This document shows positions 39,564 through 50,524 of a DNA stretch of 63,943 nucleotides, one piece after another. The position numbers were made by a program, and so were the translations under genes. The notes beneath the pieces were generated by a model. It saw only the letters and a program-made list of their open reading frames with translations. It was not told the DNA's origin and did not search any database. Each line of letters begins with the position of its first letter. Within the stretch, counting starts at the first letter, position 1. Source of the stretch: Octopus sinensis (lineage: Eukaryota); NCBI RefSeq assembly GCF_006345805.1, contig NC_043006.1:21824058-21888000 (forward strand), read 5' to 3'.

Positions 39564-39965
39564 GTCACATATTATTTTATAGATAAATTTCCTCTATTTA
39601 CATAATATTGAGGTCTCATTCTTTCTTTTGTTATCTTACCATTTTTACCAATATATATATATACATACATACATACATACATACACACACACAATCTTAC
39701 ACCCACTGTACGACCAAAGCTCACAGGATATATCATAGCTACAGTACATTCACAGCTTACAGGATTTATATCTTAGCTTTCTTTTAACCTTGATCATCTC
39801 ATTTCTGAATATATATTTTTAAAAAGTTCAGTCTCCAAATGTCATTTAACAATCGATATTAAGTTCTTTCCAAAACCTTCAGATGTCCATTAAACCAATA
39901 CTTCATAAGTAATCTTTAAAATGTTAAGAGTACTCAAAGACAAGAACAGTGAAGACATAGCCATT

Positions 39966-40352
39966 TACTCTTTTACTTGTTTCAGTCATTTGACTGCGGT
40001 CATGCTGGAGCACCGCCTCTAGTCGAGCAACTCGACCCCGGGACTTATTCTTTGTAAGCCCAGTACTTATTCTATCGGTCTCTTTTTTTTGCCGAACCGC
40101 TACGTAACGGGGACGTAAACACACCAGCATCGGCTGTCAAGCAATGCTAGGGGAACAAACACAGACACACAAACACACATATATATACATATATACGACA
40201 GGCTTCTTTCAGTTTCCGTCTACCAAATCCACTCACAAGGTATTGGTCGGCCCGGGGTTATAGCAGAAGACACTTGCCCAAGATGCCACGCAGTGGGACT
40301 GAACCCGGAACCATGTGGTTGGTTAGAAAGCTACTTACCACACAGCCACTCC
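39966..40352 (-). mobile_element. SINE family B
   Basis: Family match. Confidence 0.92.
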
Positions 40353-40467
40353 TTCAGTTAAGAAGTTCACTTCACTAATACAGGACTTCAAGATCTGTCC
40401 CACTCAACACAACTGTATCCGGAAAGTTCGCCGCAAGAAAATTCACCTCGGGATTTTTGGCCTAGGA

Positions 40468-40962
40468 AAGTTCGCCGCAAGACAAAAGAAGAGTTGCTCC
40501 CCTTGGTAAACGATTGTTTCAACCAATAAGTGGGTAAATTAATTTAACTCATTTAAAATGTCTTTATTCATTCGACAATAATTTTTTGTGTAGTCAACTT
40601 ATTACAAAGGTCTGTCAAGTAGGAACCAGTAAAGGTGGGGTGAAATTAGTTGATCTTAACTTTGCTCATAGGATAGATAGAAAATACGGTGAAAAAGTAT
40701 ATTGGGTTCTTTTCGGTTTGAACGACAGTTTTTTTTATAGCGGGGTCATATGAAATTGTCACCCATAATTATGACCCTATTATCGATCTATTGTATTTCA
40801 ATCTGTTTTAGAGTTAGAGTTAGGGGTGGGGGGGAAGGGTATCTTTTTTTTCTTCACAAATGTAAATAAACCCAATCTGTTTCTTAAACGAGGGACATAT
40901 TCATACGGCACAATGTTTTCACCTCAATAGACGTCATTGATTGGTTGAAATTTCAGAAATTG

Positions 40963-40995
<33 letters not shown>

Positions 40996-42046
40996 ATATC
41001 TTACAAACTATAGAATTTTCTCAATAAGGCCAAGAGAAAAAGAGGTTTTATAAACACATTCTACCAGTATACGAAGTTTAAAAGTGTTTAGTTACGTGGA
41101 AATTATTTTAAAAAACTGCCGGTCAAACCGAAAAGATCCGAGAATGTAAAGCAAGAGTGCATATCGTGCTGGAAAAGGATAATTTATCTATATTTAAAAC
41201 ATTCGGCGAGCATTGCCATCCTTCTCATCCTTCAAAACCAAAAGTTTACATTTCAAAAATGAAATTTAAATCACTAGCCACCCATCTAACACCCGTGGAC
41301 ATATTTACAAAGTCAGAAAACAGCACAGCTCCCATGACTTCAGGAAACATTTTTTCACGCTGAGAGTTGCTGAAGCATGGAACAAACTGCCGGCATCAGT
41401 TGTTAGTTGTCGGACCACTGCATCCTTCAAAACTTCCATGCTTTCTGAGATTCGCCAACACTACACCTGATTTTCTCCCCTCCATACACACGCAAGCATG
41501 TATCTGACTCATACATTGTTCACTTTCCAGACATTTCTACATTACTGCATGTACTTTATATGCACTTTCTGACAAGTTGTGGTGCACCTGAGCACTGTAT
41601 ACAATAATTTCATTATTATTATTATTATTATTATTATAATTCACAAACTTCTGCGCGGTCTTTAATTGCAGAAATTACATCTAGTTTCGATGATAATGCA
41701 TTGTTACCGATGCCGAAGTCATCGCCTGTCTTGCAATATTAGCGGTTGGAGGAAATTTTTTTATTAAAACAAAACACAAATTGGATCTCGTAGTGTGAAC
41801 AACAACGTGCGGGTGAATTGAAACAACACATACGGTTGTTATGATAACAAACTGTTAATGCCTCGCTGTCTGGTGACTGGCTAAAATTACCCAAATTTTC
41901 CAAAATATAATTCCAAATAACATCAGATTCTTTAATTTACGATACACCAAAATTGAAAAACAATCTGAGCACAATTAAAGGGGGCTGATTTTGCGAATGA
42001 ATTTGTATCAAGGGGGGCAACTCATCTTTTGTCTTGCGACGAACTT
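40468..42046. mobile_element. Non-autonomous TIR element with nested insertions
   Basis: 38-bp imperfect inverted repeats aagttcgccgcaagacaaaagaagagttgctccccttg (40468-40505) and caaggggggcaactcatcttttgtcttgcgacgaactt (42009-42046). Confidence 0.7.
40705..41139. mobile_element. MITE with ~30-bp imperfect TIRs
   Basis: ggttcttttcggtttgaacgacagtttttt / aaaaaactgccggtcaaaccgaaaagatcc; no TSD seen. Confidence 0.75.
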
Positions 42047-42868
42047 ATGGTCGACGTACAAACTTCAATTAGACTATTCTTATTGTATGGGAAGGCGGCG
42101 AGCTGGCAGAAACGTTAGCACGCCGGGCGAAATGCTTAGCGGTATTTCGTCTGCCGTTACGTTGTGAGTTCAAATTCCGCCGAGGTCGACTTTGCCTTTC
42201 ATCCTTTCGGGGTCGATGAATAAAGTACCAGTTTCGCACTGAGGTTCGATGTAATCGACTTAATCCCTTTCTCTGTCTTTGTTTGTCCCCTCTATGTTTA
42301 GCCCCTTGTGGGCAGTAAAGAAATATATTCTTATTGTGTGGTCAACTTAACCCTTTAGCATTTAAACCGACCAGGTCCAGCCAAAATATTCTATCCGTTT
42401 TATGTACGAAGTGGGCTGATTTGGCCTCACACCAACTCTATAATGCCATTCCAATAAATTAAGTTACCTCATCAAAATCTCATGATACATGATTGATTCA
42501 AAACAATGTGAATAAATTAGCATTACTTTTGACAGAATAATGTGAATGCTAAGGATTAACCCCTAACCAAATATTCAACACCACCTGGCTAATGGATGCC
42601 CTTAGACCCTGTAAAAAGTCATAGGCCCCTACCCTTACTCATCTGACCATCTTTATTTGTCTATGCTAGCATGGGTTGAATGGTTCAACTGGGGTCTGAA
42701 AAGCCAAAAGGCTGCACCAGACCCAGTCTGATCTGGCAATGTTTCTATGGCTGGATGCCCTTCCTAATGCCAACCACTCTGTGAGTGTAGTGGGTGCTTT
42801 TTACGTGCCAGACGAGGCTGGCAAACGGCCACGATCGGATGGTGCTTTTTCATTGATGTTGATCGATA

Positions 42869-43262
42869 CAGGGGGCGGACAAAATAATGGAAACACCTTA
42901 AAATTTCTAACAAATTTATTTCAATATGGGGTCGGACAGCCTTTGGTAGTAATTACAGCTTGAATTCTACAAGGTATGGGTTCGTACAAAGTTTGAATTG
43001 TTTGCAGCGGAACTTTTGTCCATTCTTCACCTAAAACAATCTACAGTTCTTGTAGTGATAATAGAAGATAGCTCCTTACTTGTTTTTTCTAAAATACACG
43101 ATAAATATTTAAGAATATCGAGATCTGGGGACTGTGGTGGCCAGATAAGATGTTCAACTTCACCAGAATGTTCCTCATGCCATTCAGTAATAACTTTAGC
43201 CGTGTGAATTGGTGCATTATCATCCTGAAAGACTTCGATTCCCTCTGGAAAGTTCCGCAACC
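42869..43262 (-). mobile_element. Tc1-type transposon 3' fragment with one TIR
   Basis: FQDDNAPIHTAK...WPPQSPDL; terminus TA|cagggggcggacaaaataatggaaacacc. Confidence 0.88.
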
Positions 43263-43297
43263 ATGGCCGCAGTCAAATGACAAACAAATAAAAGAAT

Positions 43298-44044
43298 ATC
43301 ATCATCATCATCGTTTAACGTCCGCTTTCCATGCTAGCATGGGTTGGACGGTTCAACTGGGGTCTGGGAAACCAGAAGGCTGCACCAGGCCCAGTCTGAT
43401 CTGGCAATGTTTCTATGGCTGGATGCCCTTCCTAACGCCAACCACTCCGTGAGTGTAGTGGGTGCTTTTTACATGCCACCGGCACAGGTGCCAGACAAGT
43501 CTGGCAAACAGCCATGATCGGATGGTGCTTTTTATATGCCACTGGCACGGGGGCCAGGCGAGGCTAGCAACGGCCACGATCGGATGGTGCTTTTTACGTG
43601 CCACTGGCACGTAGGCCAGTCGGGGCAGCGCTGGCAGCGGCCACGTTCGGATGGTTCTCTTACATGCCACCGCCACTGGTATCGCAGCTACAATTTCCAT
43701 TGATGTTGATTGATTTTGATTTTGATCTTGATTCTCACTTGCCTCAACAGGTCTTCACAAGTAGAGTTTTGTGTCCCAAGAAGGAAAGGTATGCATAAAT
43801 GGACTGGCTACATCCCAGGTAGAGGCCACAGGTTATGGTCTCACTTATCCTGCTGGGTCTTCTTACGCACAGCATACTTCCAAAGGTCTCGGTATCTAGT
43901 CATTTCCTCGGTGAGACCTAAAGTTCGAAGGTCGTGCTTCACCACATCGTCCCAGGTTTTCCTGGGTCTTCCTCTTTTACAGGTTCCCTCAACCACTAGG
44001 GTGTGGCACTTTTTCACACAACTATCTTCATCCATTCTCGCCAT
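43298..44044 (-). mobile_element. RTE-type LINE 3' end (ORF C-terminus, 3' UTR, (GAT)n tail); related tails at 42655-42866, 51917-52334, 52350-52583 and 62050-62452
   Basis: CKRGRPRKTWDDVVKHDLRTLGLTEEMT..RDLWKYAV. Confidence 0.88.
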
Positions 44045-44075
<31 letters not shown>

Positions 44076-44639
44076 AACAGCGTTTGTGGTTAAGCTACAA
44101 CCGATGACTTTTTGTTGATATTTTCTGTCAATAAATCATCTGCAAGCTCTATGCCTTCAAATTCCTCAAGAACCAAAAACGTCCTATCCCATAAAAATAG
44201 CTATGGGTTGGTGACAAAAGAGTCCAGTCATAAAAATCCTAACCCAATTTCCTCTCATCTAGGCTACACTTACCTGGAAACTCATGTTAAACAAAACAAT
44301 TTTAAAATTAAAATTTCTTCAGTTGAATATAATTATATTCAAATATAAAAATAAAATGTCTTAAGGAACATAAAACAAAAACGAAAAAACAACAAACCTG
44401 AATATATATATATATAAGTTATGTTTATATACAGTTTTTTTGTATTTATATTGATAAATTAATACTTATATCAATTCAAAAAAAAAAAAAAAAAAGAAAA
44501 CAGATACATTATATATACATTCATGTATGTATAATATCTGTATCAAACGAACACAAGTGTAGCCAACCTGGCTAGAAAATTAAAAAATATAAAAATCAAT
44601 TTCAGCAGCAAATAATCACTGTGTGTGTGTGTGTGTGTG

Positions 44640-44677
<38 letters not shown>

Positions 44678-45100
44678 GTGTGTGGTGTGTGTGTGTGTGT
44701 AAAAGTGTGTATGTGTATGTGTAGAATATATGTATGTGTGTATTTTGTTTGCACACATATTTTTAAGGTTTCTGCTTAAATATTGACAAAGGTTGTATGT
44801 TTATGTCTGTATGTATGTGTATGTGAAAGTAGGTGAAAGTAGGTATATTTTTATATATATGCACGAGTGCAAGAGCATATCTATGTGCATGTGTGTGCAT
44901 ATTCAAGTGAGTGCATGTGCTAATGTGCATGTGTGAGTGCAAGTGTGCAAATGTGCAAGAGTGTACGCACAAAAGTGTGTGTGTGTGTGTGTGTGTGTGT
45001 GAGAGTGCATGTTGGTACAAAAGTAAATATGCTAGCATGTATTTACTTTAATTACAAGCCTATCAACTGTATGCAAGTCTGCACAGTCTTTAGATGCATA

Positions 45101-45303
45101 TACTCTTTTACTCTTACTTGTTTCAGTCAATTTGACTGCGGCGATGCTGGAGCACCGCCTTTAGTCGGGCAAATCGACCCCGGGACTTATTCTTTGTAAG
45201 CCCAGTACTTATTCTATCGGTCTCTTGTGCCGAACCGCTAAGTGACGGGGGACATAAACACACCAGCATCTGTTGTCAAGCAATGCTAGGGGGACAAACA
45301 CAG

Positions 45304-45354
<51 letters not shown>

Positions 45355-45526
45355 CATATATACGACAGGCTTCTTTCAGTTTCTGTCTACCAAATCCACT
45401 CACAAGGCATTGGTCGGCCCGGGGCTATAGCAGAAGACACTTGCCCAAGATGCCACGCAGTGGGACTGAACCCGGAACCATGTGGTTGGTAAGCAAGCTA
45501 CTTACCACACAGCCACTCCTGCGCCT
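45101..45526 (-). mobile_element. SINE family B
   Basis: Family match. Confidence 0.92.
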
Positions 45527-46040
45527 ATGCATGTCTTGATTTTTATGTGCATGGTAAATTATGCATGGTGCACAGCTTAGATATATATTCTCATGCAGGT
45601 TGTGTGTGTATGTATACGCATTTATGTACTGGTGTGAATGCATACATGTACATATGAATTCTTAGATGTTCATATGAAGGCTTGCTTGCATCTATGTGTG
45701 GATACGTACTCCACCTGCCTTCGTCTTTTGTTTATTTTCGTAAACCTTCCCCTTATGTGTATGTAGGTATATGTATATGTGGATCTGTTTGCTAATTGGA
45801 TTACTTCTAGGCTGCTGCTGCTTGTATTGGCACTGAGGTGAAGAATTACTTTTTCCTTTTTTTTTCCATTTTTATTCCTTCACAAACACAACCCAATACC
45901 AAAAACACATCACAAAGAAAGAAAGACAGCGAGAAAGAGGAAGGAAGAAAGCAGGAGAGAGAGAGAGAGAGAGAAAGAAAGAAGGTATCACATTCCAACA
46001 ATTAACCCATTGAAAAAAAAAAAACCCAACCTATGTTTAA

Positions 46041-46494
46041 TTAACCCTTTAGCATTCATATTAATTTGGCAAAAATAATCCTTTATTTATTCACATTTAA
46101 AAAAAATTATCTGATATTATTTTGTAGCTTCAAGATAGGAAAGATGTAATTGCTTATTTTAAGAATGGCATTGCAGGGTAGGTGTGAGATGCTGGTTCTG
46201 GCCAGTTTGAGCATAAAATGTGTAGAATATTTGGGCCGGATACAGCCGGTTTAACCCTTTAGTGTTTAAACCGGCCAAATCTGGCCCAATATATTCTATA
46301 TGTTTCATATTCAAACTGGCCATATCTGACCTCTCACACCTAACCTACAATGCCATTCTGAAAATGAACAATCACATCACTGAAACCTCAAAGCTATAAG
46401 ATAATGCATGATTAATTCGAAACAATTTGAGTGAAAAAGTATTACATTTAACAGAGTAATCTGAACACTAAAGGGTTAAACACTAATGGGTTAA
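46041..46494. mobile_element. Two piggyBac-like MITEs, one nested in the other
   Basis: TTAA|ccctttag...ctaaaggg|TTAA. Inner copy 46255-46475; the outer copy resumes at 46480-46490. Confidence 0.85.
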
Positions 46495-47175
46495 ACTAGA
46501 ATTTTGGACTGAAATTTCTTACACAAAAGATGAATTTAAACTTTATTAGCCATTTGTCTTATCAAGTTAAGAGTTATTGCACTAAAATCTTCCATAAAAC
46601 TTAAATATTTTGATGATTTAAACAATGGCAGTATATATTCTTGTCAGAAAAATATGGTCTCAAATGGGTTAAGCTGTGTCATTTTTACAATCAAGTCACC
46701 TATCTGATGTCTTAATGTAGCTGTTTCTCCTCTTCTTTCTCCTCCTCCTCCACATCCTTCCTCCACCTCGATGCCTCATTACATCACAGGCTCAATTCAT
46801 TAGTAACAATAAAAGACTCTCCACCACTTTCCTCTATAGCACCATCAGTTGTGGGTTGGTTGGTCCGTTGGTTTCTTTTTCATTTCAACTGCAGTTGAAG
46901 TAAGAGGCGAAGAGAAAGAGAAAAGCATGGGAGATTTTGAGACAGTAACCAGGAGAGATACAGAGGTAGTGAGAGAGAGAGTAAAGGGAGTACGAGTAAG
47001 AAGAGAGATGGGGGTGAGAGAGTAAGTAAGAGAGTAAGAGGAAGTGAGTAAAGTGACAATGCAAGAACAGAAGAAACAAGAAATATTGATATTTCAAAAC
47101 AGTTCAATAAATTTTTTTTCTGTGACCATCACCATTCTATCTGGATGGATGGATGGATGGATGGCTGAAATGCAA

Positions 47176-47400
47176 CTACTGTTGCTGTGAGGCTGTATTC
47201 CTGTTTTTACGATGTGGTTCTATTTCACGCAGACAATTGGCTTTACAGTTCGGACATGCTCCCAAGTCCATCAAGTGGACAACATTTGGATGCCAGGCAC
47301 AGGTCTGCCTCACTCGGCCTTGAATGTTGTAACCACACACAGGACACAAGACACGCTTTGGACTCCGGTTACATATGCATCCGGGCAATGCATCGGCTGC
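47176..47400 (-). CDS. Terminal coding exon of a small Cys-rich, putatively zinc-binding host protein (resembles, from memory, the uncharacterised CG13380-like family)
   Basis: Polypyrimidine tract plus AG acceptor at 47402-47401. Phase-0 frame AADALPGCICNRSPKRVLCPVCGYNIQGRVRQTCAWHPNVVHLMDLGACPNCKANCLREIEPHRKNRNTASQQQ*, with CxC, CxxC, CxxH and CxxC spacing. Upstream exon(s) not located. Confidence 0.8.
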   Translation of the reverse strand, partial: AADALPGCICNRSPKRVLCPVCGYNIQGRVRQTCAWHPNVVHLMDLGACPNCKANCLREIEPHRKNRNTASQQQ

Positions 47401-47849
47401 CTAAAAAAAGAAAAGAAAAGAAAAGAAAAATCTCATAAATGTTTGTTCATATTTATTAGATTTATATTTATTGGAAAGAAGGCATATATTAAAATAACAT
47501 TTCCTCACATGTGGGTAGTTATATAGAGCATCTGTCAGTTAAACTTCACTATGTGTCTGCACATGTATGCTCAGGCCTAGACAAGATTTTTGAAGAATGG
47601 CAATCCCCCATGAGCGCTCAGGCCTGGACAAGATTTTTGAAGAATGGTGCAATCCCATGGTCATTCATGACCGAAGGGGTTTCCTCTAGCATTTTATTAC
47701 AAAAAAAAAATATTTTATCACACCTTATTTAACACTTTGAAAATTTCTTGTTAATATCATGAGAGACTCTAACCATCCTTTGTAATATTGCTTCATTACA
47801 AGTTAGTGTCATAATAATTCAGTTAGTTCTAAATATTTAACTATTAAGT

Positions 47850-48261
47850 CAGGAGTGGCTGTGTGGCAAGTAGCTTGTTTACCAACCACATAGTTCCGGG
47901 TTCAGTCCCACTGTGTGGCACCTTGGGTAAGTGTCTTCTACTATAGCCTCGGGCCGACCAAAGCCTTGTGAGTGGATTTGGTAGACGAAAACTGAAAGAA
48001 GCCCATCGTATATATGTATATATATATATATATGTATGTGTGCATGTATGTTTGTGTGTCTGTTTGTCCCCCTAGCATTGCTTGACAACCGATGCTGGTT
48101 TGTTTATGTCCCCGTCACTTAGCAGTTCGGCAAAAGAGACCAATAGAATAAGTACTAGGCTTACAAAGAATAAGTCCCGGGGGTCGAGTTGCTCGATTAA
48201 AGGTGGTGCTCCAGCATGGCCGCAGTCAAATGACTGAAACATGTAAAAGAGTAAAAGAGTA
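47850..48261 (+). mobile_element. SINE family B
   Basis: Family match. Confidence 0.92.
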
Positions 48262-48818
48262 AGTCTATGTATTCCTGTGATTTATTAGGACACACAAACC
48301 AATCTCTACTCAGATGTGTAAATTAGCTAATAATCCCTTATACATCTATGCAGCTGTCCTCATAAGTAATTAATTTGTAATCAATCACCACATCCTCATG
48401 AGCTATTAATGCTAACTACTTAGGTTTATCCACTTCAGTGAGGAATACACAGATTTCTGTGATGAAGTAGCAATGTACTCCACCCAGTGTCATTGCATCC
48501 TCACCATTTGGTATTGGGGGGGGGGGGGGGGCAAGAGAGACAGAGAGAGAAAAACCAACCTCAATGCTTGATGAGCACTTTACAGACTCAGGGGAGATGT
48601 AAAGCAAAGTTGATGATGGTGGGAGTTAAGCTCAAAACACAAAAAGCTGGAACAAGTACAAGGCATTTGTCCAACCATTCAAGATTTTTCCAATTAATCA
48701 ACCTTGACATCAATGCCAATTAACAATCACATTTCATCTAAGTGGGTAAGTGCCAATTCATTTAATCATTATTGCCTGCACCTTATTGCTTCAGGTATCA
48801 ATTTGTTTCAATAAGCAT

Positions 48819-49229
48819 CTCTTTTACTCTTTACTCTTTTACATGTTTCAGTCATTTGACTGCGGCCATGCTGGAGCACCGCCTTTAGTCGAGCAAATCA
48901 ACCCCGGGACTTATTCTTTGTAAGCCCAGTACTTATTCTATCAGTCTCTTTTGCCGAACCGCTAAGTGACGGGGACGTAAACACACCAGCATCGGTTGTC
49001 AAGCAATGCTACGGGAACAAACACAGACACACAAACATATACACATACATACATACACATATATACGACAGGCTTCTTTCAGTTTCCGTCTACCAAATCC
49101 ACTCACAAGGCATTGGTTGGCCCGGAGCTATAGCAGAAGACACTTGTCCAAGATGCCACGCAGTGGGACTGAACCCGGAACCATGTGGTTGGTTAGCAAG
49201 CTACTTACCACACAGCCACTCCTGTGCCT
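48819..49229 (-). mobile_element. SINE family B
   Basis: Family match. Confidence 0.92.
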
Positions 49230-49416
49230 CATTTCAAAAATTGATTGAAGAAATCATTTTTTTTTTAAACTCAAACCAGGGCCTGCTTGTTCTGAGAAGT
49301 TACCACTGAAATGGGACATCGAAGAGAAACAACAACATAATGTAATCAGAGTAAGATTGTAACTAATGTTGGTGAACATTGTAGCCACTTTGACCATTTG
49401 GTATTTAAACAGACAT

Positions 49417-49814
49417 AGGCGCAGGAGTGGCTGTGTGGTAAGTAGCTTGCTTACCAACCACATGGTTCCGGGTTCAGTCCCATTGCGTGGCACCTTAAGC
49501 AAGTGTCTTCTGCTACAGCCCCGGGCCAACCAAAGCCTTGTGAGTGGATTTGGTAGACGGAAACTGAAAAAAGCCCGTCGTATATATGTATATATATGTG
49601 TGCGTGTATGTTTGTGTGTCTGTGTTTGTCCCCCTAGCATTGCTTGACAACCGATGCTGGTGTGTTTATTTCCCCGTTACTTAGCGGTTCGGCAAAAGAG
49701 ACCGATAGAATAAGTACTGGGCTTACAAAGAATAAGTCCTGGGGTCGAGTTGCTCGATTAAAGGCGGTGCTCCAGCATGGCCGCAGTCAAATGACTGAAA
49801 CAAGTAAAAGAGTA
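49417..49814 (+). mobile_element. SINE family B
   Basis: Family match. Confidence 0.92.
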
Positions 49815-50046
49815 ATACAGCCAAAATATTGTTTCATGTTCAAAAATTGGCCAGATCTAGCTTCGCACACCAACCCTACAATATCATTCTAAAAATTAAC
49901 AGCTACCTCATCAAAATCTCAAAGCCACAAAATACATAATTTAGACAGAATGTGAATGCTAAAGTGTCAACCTTACATTACCCTGGCGCTCAACCTTCTC
50001 TCTCTTATAGCTAATATCACACAAGCCAACAAAGGACCCTCTATAC

Positions 50047-50524
50047 CAGTGGCTCTCAACTGGGGTCCATAGAAAATTTTGTTAAAAATTATGTGCAATA
50101 AGTCAGTTATACTTCAAGGCGGCAAGCTGGCAGAACCATTAGCACGCCGGGCGAAATGCGTTGCCGTATTTCGTCTGCCGTTACGTTCCGAGTTCAAATT
50201 CCGCCGAGGTCGACTTTGCCTTTCATCCTTCCGGGGTCGATAAATTAAGTACCAGTTACGCACTGGGGTCGATGTAATCGACTTCATCCGTCTGTCTGTC
50301 CTTGTTTGTCTCCTCTGTGTTTAGCCCCTTGTGGGTAGTAAAGAAATATATACTTCTACAATACACAAGGCATTTTAACAATTTCTTTTATACAATTCCG
50401 AATAATGTTTAATTGGGATTTTTTTTTTTTTTTTTTTGAAAGCTTCAAATGGTTATGTAGGTCCAGAACAGTAAAATAGAAATCAAAGGAGTCCACAGGC
50501 AAAAAAAATGGTTGAGAACCACTG
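50047..50524. mobile_element. hAT-type MITE with a nested SINE A (50117-50347)
   Basis: cagtggctctcaac / gttgagaaccactg TIRs; same interior as 26942-27593. Confidence 0.82.

Noticed and set aside
40790-40830. ttagagttagagttaggg as an interstitial telomere
   Set aside because: Only one true TTAGGG, and it lies inside a MITE.
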